Source of the DNA: Vulcanimicrobiota bacterium
GTDB taxonomy: Bacteria > Vulcanimicrobiota > Vulcanimicrobiia > Vulcanimicrobiales > Vulcanimicrobiaceae
Direction of reading: 5' to 3'
DNA: 64,000 bases
Assembly (NCBI GenBank): GCA_963812155.1
Contig: CAWETW010000003.1
Location: 1,088,001 to 1,152,000 of the forward strand
Shown here: piece by piece, positions 20,190-29,575 of the stretch
How positions within the stretch are numbered: the stretch's first letter is position 1
Layout: the number at the start of each line of letters is the position of its first letter
Translations under genes and position numbers: made by a program
The notes under the pieces: model-generated
Databases searched by the model: none
Seen by the model: only the letters and a program-made list of their open reading frames with translations
Told to the model about the DNA's origin: nothing

Positions 20190-21502
20190 TACGAGCCTAG
20201 TGATGCAAGCATTTTGCGAGCATCCTCCGCATAGAAAGGATGAAAGGAAGCATCTGCGTTCAGGGCCGCGCGGAGACGCGCGCGGGCCTCGCCGTCGTAG
20301 CCGGTGTGCAGCGCGATCGCTCCCGCGTGATATTGAATTTCCGGGTCTTGCGTTCCGTATCGCACGGCGCGTTCGGCGTAGGCACGCGCCTCCGGCCAAC
20401 GCCCCATCGCCGCGAGCACCCACGCCATCGTGTCGTCGGCGTAGATCTCGTCACCGCGCTTTTGCAGGTCGGAGCGCGCCGCTGCCAAGGCGTCGGTGAG
20501 ATATTCGTGGTGCTCGGCGTAGTACATCGCCAGAAGGCGATCGTTGACGCCTTGAACGTTGAAGAGACGCTGCTCGGCGCGAATGAGCGCGTCGGTTTTG
20601 CGCGCTCCGTCTTCGTCACCCAGCGCGCGCTGCGCGTCGGCCTGGTAGCCCAGCGCTTGCGGTAGCGGGTAGAGTTGCGCACTGTGCGCCGCGGCGGAGA
20701 GCGCGCGCTTCCAATCGCCGTGCGCACGGTAGAATTTGGCTTGGTAGAGCAGCGCCATCGCGTTGTCGGGAAAGATGCGCAGCGATTCGGTGAACTCTGC
20801 GTCCGCCGTCTGTGCGTCGCCGGCCTCGAAGGCCAGCTGCGCGTCGCGCATGTGATACCACGAACGAGTGTAGGCCGGTACCGTTTCCATCCGGTCCACC
20901 ATCTGCGTCGCTCGCGACATCTCGCCGCGCGCGCCCGCGAGATCTCCCGAGAGTTCGCGGTAACGGGCACGAATTGACATCCACGTCGGATTGGGATCGG
21001 GACCGCTCGGACCGAGCAGAATGCCGGCGGCTCGATCGTAGCGGCCGAGTTCCATCAGAATCGAGGCGCTCTGGGCGCGGGCGTTTTGATCGAAGGGTTC
21101 GGCTTCGATCGCGGCACGTTCCGCAGCCAGCGCCGGCACGAAGCGGTGAAAGGCGAGATCGCTCGACGCGATGATGCCGAGTGCGGCGACGTTTCCTTGT
21201 GGTTGCAGGCGTAACGACTGCTCGCCCATCGCATGTGCGCGCGTGACGTCGTTCATATCGCCGGTTTCGCGAAACCGTTGAAGATATTCGGCGCCGAGCA
21301 TTCGCTGCGTGATTTGGTCGAGCCGGTCGCGGCGCACTTGTTCTTCGTAGAATGCGATCACACGATCGCGCTGTTTGTAGTCGGCCGAGACCGGGGCGGG
21401 CGCGATGGTCGTGGCTTGCGCTTTGTGGGCTGCAAACCACGGCCACGCCGCCCCGACGGCGACGGCCGCCGCAAGGACGGCTATCGTCGAACGACCCTTC
21501 AC
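20189..21502 (-). CDS. Exported TPR-repeat protein
   Basis: N-terminal signal/TM segment, helical Ala-rich repeats, DIYADDTMAWVL-type motif; typical neighbour of DUF4331 genes. Confidence 0.8.
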   Translation of the reverse strand: MKGRSTIAVLAAAVAVGAAWPWFAAHKAQATTIAPAPVSADYKQRDRVIAFYEEQVRRDRLDQITQRMLGAEYLQRFRETGDMNDVTRAHAMGEQSLRLQPQGNVAALGIIASSDLAFHRFVPALAAERAAIEAEPFDQNARAQSASILMELGRYDRAAGILLGPSGPDPNPTWMSIRARYRELSGDLAGARGEMSRATQMVDRMETVPAYTRSWYHMRDAQLAFEAGDAQTADAEFTESLRIFPDNAMALLYQAKFYRAHGDWKRALSAAAHSAQLYPLPQALGYQADAQRALGDEDGARKTDALIRAEQRLFNVQGVNDRLLAMYYAEHHEYLTDALAAARSDLQKRGDEIYADDTMAWVLAAMGRWPEARAYAERAVRYGTQDPEIQYHAGAIALHTGYDGEARARLRAALNADASFHPFYAEDARKMLASLGS

Positions 21503-21505
21503 GTG

Positions 21506-22093
21506 TTAGACCGGGCTCTGCACGTAGGGGAACGTGTCGGTATTCTGCTTGTCGTAGGGAACGTTGTCGGTCGTCAAGCAGGGTGCTTCTTTGTGATCGT
21601 CGGGAGCGAGCCCGAGCGCGGAGACGGTATTACCGAACAGCGCTCCGAGCGAGATGTCGATCACGTCGTCGTCGAGGGCGCGTCCGCCGAACTTGCTGCC
21701 CGTGGCGCCGCCGGTTTCGAATCCGAGATAGGCGGCCTTGGTCGTATTCTGCGAAAGGTCGGCCTTCATCACGTTCGGGTACAGAACGGCTTGAAGTACT
21801 TTCGCCGTGGATTGGCTCCGGAAGAGTTCCGAGAACGATAGGATTTGCGATTTGAGCGTCGGGTCGGCGTAGGGCTCGGAGCGGTTGGTCGTATCGTGCG
21901 AGGCAAACGACTCAAAGGCTTCCTTCACCGCCGGACGCGAGAGAAGTTCGATTTGACGATAGGTGGCGTTGGGTGCGGGCGACGGCGGTGTCGGCACGAT
22001 GGGGTTCGTACCGACGTTACCCGAGCTGCAGCCGCCGGCGATCACGCCGACGAGAGCGAGCGCGCCGAGGCCGAGTTTGAAGCGTAGTGTCAT
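21506..22093 (-). CDS. DUF4331 family lipoprotein (C-terminal-type half)
   Basis: Lipobox AGGC; QIELLSRPAVKE, GGRALDDDVID, DTFPY. Confidence 0.78.
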   Translation of the reverse strand: MTLRFKLGLGALALVGVIAGGCSSGNVGTNPIVPTPPSPAPNATYRQIELLSRPAVKEAFESFASHDTTNRSEPYADPTLKSQILSFSELFRSQSTAKVLQAVLYPNVMKADLSQNTTKAAYLGFETGGATGSKFGGRALDDDVIDISLGALFGNTVSALGLAPDDHKEAPCLTTDNVPYDKQNTDTFPYVQSPV

Positions 22094-22105
22094 GAACTGT
22101 TTCTC

Positions 22106-22921
22106 CTATTCCGATTGGCCGTCGGGGGTCGCCGTCGTCGCCCACAGCGCGATTGGGCCGGGCTTACCGCCGGCAGGCGCGAGCATTGCCTTGGGCATCT
22201 CGACGACGATCGAGATGACGTTGTATGGAACGAGAATATCGCTCGGCTGCTCGATCACGCAGCTATTGGATCCCGCCGTTCCGTAGCTCGTGCCGTTCAG
22301 AACGATCGGCTGCGAAGGCGAAGCAAAGCGGAACGACGTCGCCGTCGGCGGCGGCGGATTGGGCTGGTTTTGATAGTTGCGATCGGGAATAATCTTGAAG
22401 AACTGCGCGAGGTCGAAGAAGAACGGGTCGCGGCGCGGGCCGACGAAGGCCTGAACGTCTCCGAGCTTCGCAATCTTGCCGAATTTAAAAGTGCCGGTCG
22501 CGTGGACGGTCGTATTTTTCGTGCCCACTTCGTTTGGAGCTTTGGGGCCGTACAGCGTGATCTTTTGACCGGTTCCGGCAGCGTCGGCCGTGAACTGGAT
22601 CACTTTGTCCTCGTGAATGGCGTTCGACGCGACGCCGGTGTCGGCGATCTTGAACTGATACAGGACGTTGGGATCGAGAGCAATGCCGGCCGTCATGCCG
22701 CTGGGAATCAGCGGGCGAACGTTCATGACCATTGCGACCCTCGAGGCGTCGTGTGGATCGGGGAACGCGTAGACGTCGGTAATATCGGCGAGCGGATTGT
22801 TGACGACGGTCGGTGAGTCTTGATGGTCGGATCCACGGGCCGCTTTGAACGAATACAGCGATACCGAGAACGCGAACAGAAAGACCGCCGTCATCGTACC
22901 GATGGTGCGGAGCAGTCTCAT
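22106..22921 (-). CDS. DUF4331 family secreted protein (N-terminal-type half)
   Basis: Signal peptide, then SDHQDSP...ADITDVYAF and FVGPRRDPFFFDL. Confidence 0.85.
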   Translation of the reverse strand: MRLLRTIGTMTAVFLFAFSVSLYSFKAARGSDHQDSPTVVNNPLADITDVYAFPDPHDASRVAMVMNVRPLIPSGMTAGIALDPNVLYQFKIADTGVASNAIHEDKVIQFTADAAGTGQKITLYGPKAPNEVGTKNTTVHATGTFKFGKIAKLGDVQAFVGPRRDPFFFDLAQFFKIIPDRNYQNQPNPPPPTATSFRFASPSQPIVLNGTSYGTAGSNSCVIEQPSDILVPYNVISIVVEMPKAMLAPAGGKPGPIALWATTATPDGQSE

Positions 22922-24432
22922 GGGGTCTCCTTTATGGCGAGAGTGCGGTGCGTCGACCGCGTTGAGAGTAACGTTGGGAAAAGTGCGACGGCGGCGATAA
23001 CGGCGAGCGTCGCCGCGACGGCGGTAAAAACCGGTACGCGTAGGCCGTGTTGGATGAGTCCCTGCACGAGCATCAGCGACCCGATGATCGAGATCACGCA
23101 TGCGGTGACGAAGGGTGCGATTGCAGCGACGCGAGCGAAGCCGGAGCGGCGCTGCAGCCAGGCGGCACCGTGGACGACGGCGATGCCTAATCCGGTGAGG
23201 ATTGCGGCCAAACCGAGACTGAAGACGACGATCAAGAACAAGCCATAGCCGATGCGATGCAGGTGCAGCGCGGTCAGGAGCACGACGATCGCAGCGGGAC
23301 ACGGCGCGATGCCGCCGCTCATCGCGGCCACGACCGCACTCGGGAAACGCAGCGGTGAGTTGCCCGCAATCGCATGCGAGTGTTCGCGATCGTGGTCGTG
23401 CGCGTGCCCGTGCGCATGTGCGTGCGTGTGTGCGCGGTCCTGCGCCGTGCGGCCGACGGCGTTGGAAAGGGCGCGCGTGCCGATGACGGCGACCGCAAGC
23501 CCTGAGAGGAGTGTGATCCACGTAAAGATATTTTCGGTCGCGAACCCCGCCGCGAAAAATAGCAGCAGGCCGAGCAACAGTACCGCAACCGTGTGAGCGA
23601 ACGTCAACGCGCCTGCTAGAATAACGGCCTGTTTGAACGTTGCTCGCGCGCCGACCAGCGTAAACGCGAGCAGCGCTTTTCCGTGACCAGGTTCCAGGCC
23701 GTGCAGCGCGCCGAGCCCAAATGCCGCCAGAACCGTCAAGAGAATCAACAGCGGCGTCTGATTGCTTCGAGAGAACAAGTCGGAGAGCGCCGACGTCCGC
23801 ACGATCGAGCTCGAATCCCACGCTGCCGCGTTTCCGGATCCAAAGACGCGCACGTCGGCGATCGCACCGTCGGAGGTAAGTGTGAAGGTCGCGGCATCGT
23901 TATGGCGCGGCGAGCCGATGGCGGCCGCCGGGTACGAGCGCAGAGCATCTGTCGGATCGCTGGTGCCGGGGAGCACGACGTCTTTCCAGCCAACGCGCCG
24001 GTCCGCGTAGACGCCGTCTTGCATGGAAATCGACGCCGGGCGATTGACCGCGACCGTGTAGTCACCCGTCCAGTAGAGCGTCGGCAAGCCGCCGGCACCG
24101 GGACGCGTCGTGCTGGACGTTTGCACCAGCGAGATCGGCAGCGTTCGGTTTCCACTACGGAACGAAAGACCGTTTTCGACCCGCGCCGCTTCTTCGGCGT
24201 TCCATTGCAGCGTACGTGCGGGGTTCCAGCCATTGCCCGCATGCATGATTTGAAATGCGGGGATTTCGGCGATATCGAGCACGTAGTGAACGTGCAGCCG
24301 TCCGCCGGCGGAGGTGACGACCGCGAGATGATTGATCGTGAAGTTCCCGAGGGGGTGCGCGGCGGCCGGGCGAGCCGCGAGCGTGACGAGGGCGAAGGCG
24401 GCACACGCAAGGATTGTGGAAAAGCGAGTCAC
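22918..24432 (-). CDS. RcnA-like Ni/Co transporter with an N-terminal exported domain
   Basis: GTG start with GGAGG; HPLGNFTINH after the signal peptide; LHGLEPGHGK, His-rich loop, GIAPCPAA. Confidence 0.87.
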   Translation of the reverse strand: MTRFSTILACAAFALVTLAARPAAAHPLGNFTINHLAVVTSAGGRLHVHYVLDIAEIPAFQIMHAGNGWNPARTLQWNAEEAARVENGLSFRSGNRTLPISLVQTSSTTRPGAGGLPTLYWTGDYTVAVNRPASISMQDGVYADRRVGWKDVVLPGTSDPTDALRSYPAAAIGSPRHNDAATFTLTSDGAIADVRVFGSGNAAAWDSSSIVRTSALSDLFSRSNQTPLLILLTVLAAFGLGALHGLEPGHGKALLAFTLVGARATFKQAVILAGALTFAHTVAVLLLGLLLFFAAGFATENIFTWITLLSGLAVAVIGTRALSNAVGRTAQDRAHTHAHAHGHAHDHDREHSHAIAGNSPLRFPSAVVAAMSGGIAPCPAAIVVLLTALHLHRIGYGLFLIVVFSLGLAAILTGLGIAVVHGAAWLQRRSGFARVAAIAPFVTACVISIIGSLMLVQGLIQHGLRVPVFTAVAATLAVIAAVALFPTLLSTRSTHRTLAIKETP

Positions 24433-24473
24433 GCGCGGCCTCCGTTTCGTCTGCAGCCTTGCTTTGTGAAGTA

Positions 24474-24501
24474 AGACGATGGGAGGGTCGCTTTGGATTG
24501 G
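24474..24501 (-). promoter_or_regulatory. Putative SigK-like ECF promoter
   Basis: Minus strand reads CCAATCC-N15-TCGTCT about 40 bp upstream of the operon start. Confidence 0.45.
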
Positions 24502-24796
24502 AGGGCGGTTTCGAAATAACTTCGATCGCTCGATTTTGCAACGTCGCGCAATCCGGAGACCGTCGTGGACCGTTGGATATACCTTCAACAAGTGTTCGGG
24601 TGCAAGTTACGTTTGCGCATTCACGGCGTTTACGTCGGGGCCGAACGCGCGTTTACGGCGAGCGCGTACGTTCACATCGTCGTCCCGGCGTAGGCATCGC
24701 TGGGTCGGGCGCGCCAGGTCGACACTCAATCTTTACGAGAACTCTTGGCAGGCTAGGCGGGCGGGTGTATGCTTGGCTGGCCGAAAGGAGGCCTAA

Positions 24797-25216
24797 ATGC
24801 GCTATCTCAGCATCGTTATCGGTGCCCTTCTGGTCATCGCATCCTTTGCAATCGGACGCGTAACGGCGCCGGCACCCGCCTCTGCCGCGATGCAGCCCTT
24901 TGTGAGGTTTTCGCACTTCGAGTGCTACACGGCTCAGGCCAAACCAATCCAAGCGGAAGTCAATTTGAAGGATCAATTCCAAAGTTACAAGACGGCGGTA
25001 GGACCGCCTCAATTCTTCTGCACGCCGGTAACGAAGAAAGTCATCTCGGGACCGAACTTCCCGGTTCCGGCACCGGCCGATCATTTAATGTGCTATCAGA
25101 TTCAAGGAAAAGCCATCCAGCAAACGCGGCCGTACAGCAATCAGTTCATTCAACAAGATGTGGTTGGTGTGGGCGTACCTCAGTTGCTCTGCGTACCATC
25201 GAACAAACAGGGTTGA
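24797..25216 (+). CDS. Secreted protein with two Cys-containing repeats
   Basis: GGAGG RBS, signal peptide; HFECY...DQF...FCTPVTK and HLMCY...NQF...LCVPSNK. Confidence 0.75.
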   Translation: MRYLSIVIGALLVIASFAIGRVTAPAPASAAMQPFVRFSHFECYTAQAKPIQAEVNLKDQFQSYKTAVGPPQFFCTPVTKKVISGPNFPVPAPADHLMCYQIQGKAIQQTRPYSNQFIQQDVVGVGVPQLLCVPSNKQG

Positions 25217-25255
25217 CCTAGTAAAGCACGCAACGCGCAGTCGTCGGATTCCGTC

Positions 25256-25317
25256 CTTCGACTGCGCTTCGCTTCGCTCAGGATGACACCGGGAGCGCCT
25301 TCGCTTAAGGATGACAG
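25256..25317 (+). repeat. REP-like element with a duplicated 3' unit
   Basis: CTTCGACTGCGCTTCGCTTCGCTCAGGATGACAC...TTCGCTTAAGGATGACA. Confidence 0.7.
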
Positions 25318-25349
25318 AGAAGTAGCTGGAGCTGGGTACTCGGCGGAGC

Positions 25350-25610
25350 GTGAGTTTCTGGACGAACTACGCCTTCGCGCTTGCAATCGTCGGGCTCGTG
25401 CTGGCGGGACTCGCGGTCGCCGGACGCGTGCTCAAAGGCGCCGGATCGCGCAGCCGCTCCGGCGGCGGGCACATCGCAATCGTCGAATCGGTGATGCTGT
25501 CACCGCGCGCGAGTCTGCACGTCGTGAAAGCGGGACGGCGTCATCTGCTGATCGGTTCGACGGACGCGTACGTGTGCGCGCTGGCCGAGATGGAACTGGA
25601 GAAAGAGTGA
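25350..25610 (+). CDS. fliO: FliO/FliZ-like flagellar biosynthesis protein
   Basis: One TM helix, then IAIVES.MLSPRASLHVVKAG.RHLLIG.T....LAE. Confidence 0.7.
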   Translation: MSFWTNYAFALAIVGLVLAGLAVAGRVLKGAGSRSRSGGGHIAIVESVMLSPRASLHVVKAGRRHLLIGSTDAYVCALAEMELEKE

Positions 25611-25703
25611 AGCGAGCTCGCCCCCGTCTGGACCAGAGACCGAGAAGCCGAGCTCGCTGGGACGTATGTTCCCACCGGACGCGCGCTCAAAAAGAAAGAA
25701 TCG

Positions 25704-26729
25704 TTAGAAGTATTTGAACTGGCCGAGGCGGCTGGCGGCGGTCTCGGTGAAATAGATTTGCGCGTCGGGGCCAAACGTCATGGCAGTCGGCTGCGCGTTG
25801 GCGGTCGGGACGCCGAAAAGCCGGACTTTTTGGTTCCGGTAGTTGAACTGGCCGAGCGCGTTCCCGAGCGTGTCGGTGAAGTAGAAGTTGCCGTCGATGC
25901 CCTGGAGAATCGAGTCGGGCGTCTTCGATCCGGTCAGCGGATACTCGGTGAACTGCCCGGTCAGCGCGATCCGTCCGAGCTTCTGCGCGTTGCGTTCGGT
26001 GAACCATAACGCATTGTCGGTTCCGGTGGTAATGCCGGCGGGCGACGCGTTCGCGGTCGGCACCTTGAATTCGGCGAGTCCGGAGCAGCGCTTCGATACC
26101 GGCAAGCGCCCGACGCTGTTGATGCCGGGCTCGGTGAACCACAGCGCTCCGTCGGGACCGTTGGTGATGCCGAGCGGCTGCGCACCATGAGTGACTCTGC
26201 AGAAAGCGGCGTTTCCGCGTTGGTCGATGCGCCAGATCGAACTCGTGCCGGGATCGGTGACCCACATGTCGCCGTCGGATCCGAGCGTGATGCCCGTCGG
26301 CCGCGCCGCGGGATCCGGCAAGAGGAACTCGGTGAACGTCGGGGTCGTGCCGAGCGTGATTTGCCCGATCTTCCAAATGTTCGTTTCGGTAAACCATATG
26401 AGCGAGTTTGGGCCCGAGGCGATGCCGTTGGGGCCGGCGCCGGCGGTCGGCGTAAGATTTTCGGTGAACTTCGCCGACGTGTTCAATTGTCCGATCTTGC
26501 TGGCGTGGAACTCGGTGAACCAGAGGTTCTCGTCGGACCCGAGCGTGATGCCCATTGGTTGGCTGCCGGCCGTCGGGATCACGTATTCGCTGGTGACCTT
26601 CGGCACGAACGGCGGAGGCGGCGTCGCCGTGCCGCTCGTGAGCGGCGTGCCCTTCCCGCAAGCGGAGAGCAGCGCGGCAACGGCAAGGGCGCACGCGCGC
26701 GAGCGCGCCGTGGTGGGCAGTCTCATCAT
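25704..26729 (-). CDS. Vgb (virginiamycin B lyase)-like beta-propeller lipoprotein
   Basis: Lipobox LSAC; seven repeats of P.GIT.GPDG.LWFTE....IG.I. Confidence 0.85.
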   Translation of the reverse strand: MMRLPTTARSRACALAVAALLSACGKGTPLTSGTATPPPPFVPKVTSEYVIPTAGSQPMGITLGSDENLWFTEFHASKIGQLNTSAKFTENLTPTAGAGPNGIASGPNSLIWFTETNIWKIGQITLGTTPTFTEFLLPDPAARPTGITLGSDGDMWVTDPGTSSIWRIDQRGNAAFCRVTHGAQPLGITNGPDGALWFTEPGINSVGRLPVSKRCSGLAEFKVPTANASPAGITTGTDNALWFTERNAQKLGRIALTGQFTEYPLTGSKTPDSILQGIDGNFYFTDTLGNALGQFNYRNQKVRLFGVPTANAQPTAMTFGPDAQIYFTETAASRLGQFKYF

Positions 26730-26771
26730 CAGCCACCCCTTATTGGCATGCCGCCCTCGCATTCCCGCCGT

Positions 26772-26812
26772 CCGTCGACTGCGCGCCTCCGGCGCTTCGC
26801 TCAGGATGACAC
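26772..26812 (+). repeat. REP-like element
   Basis: CGTCGACTGC-GCGCC-TCC-GGCGC-TTCGCTCAGGATGACAC. Confidence 0.7.
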
Positions 26813-26819
26813 CGGGTTA

Positions 26820-26884
26820 GCTCCTAAGAATTTAGTTGACATCCATTTCGGTTTACCGTAGACTGCAACTAAGTTATTAGGAGC
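26820..26884 (+). promoter_or_regulatory. Sigma70 promoter flanked by two putative BlaI-type operators
   Basis: TTGACA (26836)-N17-TAGACT (26859). 19-bp inverted arms at 26820-26838 and 26866-26884 (17/19 match), each containing CTAA-N4-TTAG. Confidence 0.8.
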
Positions 26885-26907
26885 AACCCGTCTCGGAGGC
26901 AATCTGC

Positions 26908-27294
26908 GTGGCTCGAAAGCGATCGAAGACGTTAACCGAGGCCGAATTACGGCTGATGGAAATCCTGTGGGAGAAAGGGCAAGCAACCGTCGCGGAAGTG
27001 ACCGCGGCGCTCCCGCCACCGCCCCTGGCCTACAACAGCGTCCTCACCACCATGCGCATTCTGGAGCAGAAGGGCTTCGTGGATCACGAGGAAGCCGGGC
27101 GTGCCTTCGTCTATCGCCCGCTGCTGGCGCGCGACGACGCCGCGGCCAATGCGGTCGGCCATCTGCTTTCACGATTCTTTGAAAACAGCTCGGGCTCGCT
27201 GGCCTTACGATTGATCGAGACGGAGCGCCCGTCGAACTACGAACTTCAACGTCTCAAGGCGCTAATCGAGCAGTACGAGGAGGGCGCCTCATGA
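26908..27294 (+). CDS. BlaI/MecI/CopY family repressor
   Basis: LTEAELRLMEILW...TVAEV...LAYNSVLT.MRILE.KGFV...GRAFVY.P. Confidence 0.93.
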   Translation: MARKRSKTLTEAELRLMEILWEKGQATVAEVTAALPPPPLAYNSVLTTMRILEQKGFVDHEEAGRAFVYRPLLARDDAAANAVGHLLSRFFENSSGSLALRLIETERPSNYELQRLKALIEQYEEGAS

Positions 27295-29480
27295 TCGCCT
27301 CGATGCCACAAGGGCTCGCACATTTCGCCGGCGCGGCGACCACAATCGCAATCAACGCCCTTTGGGAAGGCGCGCTGCTCGTCGTCTGCATTTGGCTGCT
27401 GCTGCGGGCGTGGCCGCGAATCAATGCGGCTACGCGTTACATCGTGTGGAGCGCAACGCTCGTCGCAACGGTGGTCGTACCGATCGCGACAACGCTTCCG
27501 TTCCTCACGCCGTCGTCGCCGACGGCGGTGACCGAGGCGGCGGTGAGGGTGCCCATTCCCATGGTGACGCACGCCCTCACCGCCGTACCGTCCCACACCA
27601 CACACTACGCCCGCGCCTCCGGCTCGGCCGCTGCCAGTCGCTCCGGCGAGGTGGCGTCAGGCGCGTATGCCGTTCCGCGTCTACCGGAGCGTTTCCGCAT
27701 GACGCTGCCGCTTCCCGTAGTACTCGCGGTTTTGGCCATCTGGACCGGGCTCGCGCTCTTCGCGTTCCTGCGGCTGGCAATCGGCCTCTACCGGCTCGAG
27801 CAGCTCAAGCGCGACGCGCTTCCGCTGCCGATCGAGTATCGCGATGCGATGGCGCGCTGGACGTCGGCGGGCAAGGGGGGCCGCGACGTCCGGCTCTGCG
27901 TCAGCGACGAAATTGACGTTCCGGTGGCGGTCGGACTCTTCGATGCGATGATTTTGATCCCGCGCTCGCTGCTGGAACGTCTTTCCGAAAGCGAAGTCGA
28001 CCAAATCAGCCTGCACGAACTCGCGCATCTGCGGCGCGCCGACGACTGGACGAACGGCTTGCAGCGCATCGTGACCGCGCTGTTCGGCTGGAGTCCGGCA
28101 GTGCTGTTCGTCGGGCAGCAGCTCGATCTCGAACGCGAAGTCGCGTGCGACGATTGGGTGCTTGCGTCGACCGGATTGGTGCGCCCGTATGCGACGTGCC
28201 TAGCGAAGATGGCGGAGACGTCGGCGTGGCCGTATCGTCCGATGGCGGCGCCCGGAGTGTTCGCGACGCGCAAACACATCTCGCTGCGTATCGAACGATT
28301 GCTGGGAGCCGGGCGCAATGCGGCGACGAGCCTCTCGCTCGGCCCGGCGGCGGTTACCGTCGCGGTGGTCGGCGCGCTGGCGTTCGCGATGCAGTTGGTC
28401 GCGCCGTCGGTTGCGGCACCGCTGCAAGCCCAGCCGGCTGTCCGTCAGGTGACGGTGGTTGCGGTGCAGCGCGAACCTATTCCGGCTAAAACGGTGCACG
28501 CCGCGGTTCCCAAGCAAGGATCTCCGGCACAGGCCGTGACGCCCGCGCCCGTCGTGAAGACCGAAGTGAAGACCGAAACGAAGACCAAAGAGATCTACAA
28601 GTACATCCGCGTGCTCGCCGCCGTGTCGCCGGGGCCGCTGACGAGCGCACATCCCGCCGTGCACGTGCACATGCAGGGCATGAAGATGCAGATTCCTCCG
28701 ATCGACGTGCACGTACCGCGGCAGACGATCCTTATTCCGCCGGTGGACGTCGACGTGCCGGCGATCGAGCACGCCTTCGCCAGCGGCGCGTTTGCGATGC
28801 CGAGCAAGTTCGCATCGGCTTCGGCGCACGCCGCGATGGCAGTGGCCGCCCCGCATCCCTCGATACGGATCGCCGACAACGCGCCGGTGCACAACTGCAG
28901 CGGCTGTGACATGAGCGGCGTCAACTGGTCGGGCCGCGACATGCACGGCGTCAACTTCACCGGCAGCGACCTCAGCCGCGCCAACCTCTCGGGAACGAAC
29001 TTTAGCAACGGCACCTTCAACGGCGTCGATTTCACGGGCGCAAATCTGCGCGGCGCGAACTTCCGCGGCGCAAAGCTGACGGGGTGCGATTTCTCGCGGG
29101 CGGACTTGACCGGCGTCGACTTCACCGGCGCGACGCTAACCGGTTGCGACTTCACGCGGGCGCAACTGCCCTCTTCCGAAGCCCGTTCGATTCTCAATAC
29201 GTGCACGGGCTGCGATTTCGGCGGCGCAAACTTGAGCAACCTCGATCTCTCGCACGTGCGCGTGAACGGCGTCGATTTCACCCATGCCAATCTTACCAAC
29301 ACGAACTTCGCCGGCGCCAAGTTTACCGGAGTCAATTTCAGCGGAGCTCGTTTGGGAGGAGCGACTCTCAAAGGCGCCGTGTTCAGTGGCTGCGATATGA
29401 GCGGCGTCGACTTGAATCACGTCGATCTCTCTGACGTACAATTTATCGGAACCGATTTTCCCGGAAGCCCGAAGCCGTGA
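27291..29480 (+). CDS. BlaR1-like M56 metallopeptidase with a C-terminal pentapeptide-repeat domain
   Basis: ATGA overlap; TM helices, HELAHLRR.D, EREVACDD, RIERLL, a further TM, a Pro/Val-rich linker, then A(N/D)(L/F)xx repeats with CSGC and CTGC caps. Confidence 0.9.
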   Translation: MIASMPQGLAHFAGAATTIAINALWEGALLVVCIWLLLRAWPRINAATRYIVWSATLVATVVVPIATTLPFLTPSSPTAVTEAAVRVPIPMVTHALTAVPSHTTHYARASGSAAASRSGEVASGAYAVPRLPERFRMTLPLPVVLAVLAIWTGLALFAFLRLAIGLYRLEQLKRDALPLPIEYRDAMARWTSAGKGGRDVRLCVSDEIDVPVAVGLFDAMILIPRSLLERLSESEVDQISLHELAHLRRADDWTNGLQRIVTALFGWSPAVLFVGQQLDLEREVACDDWVLASTGLVRPYATCLAKMAETSAWPYRPMAAPGVFATRKHISLRIERLLGAGRNAATSLSLGPAAVTVAVVGALAFAMQLVAPSVAAPLQAQPAVRQVTVVAVQREPIPAKTVHAAVPKQGSPAQAVTPAPVVKTEVKTETKTKEIYKYIRVLAAVSPGPLTSAHPAVHVHMQGMKMQIPPIDVHVPRQTILIPPVDVDVPAIEHAFASGAFAMPSKFASASAHAAMAVAAPHPSIRIADNAPVHNCSGCDMSGVNWSGRDMHGVNFTGSDLSRANLSGTNFSNGTFNGVDFTGANLRGANFRGAKLTGCDFSRADLTGVDFTGATLTGCDFTRAQLPSSEARSILNTCTGCDFGGANLSNLDLSHVRVNGVDFTHANLTNTNFAGAKFTGVNFSGARLGGATLKGAVFSGCDMSGVDLNHVDLSDVQFIGTDFPGSPKP

Positions 29481-29575
29481 TCGGCTAAGTTAAGCCCTGG
29501 TTTTGACCCTCGCGACGGCCTCGCAAGCGCAGGCCCTGGTTTCTCGCGCCCCGATCGCAACGGAAAAGGAGTGAA

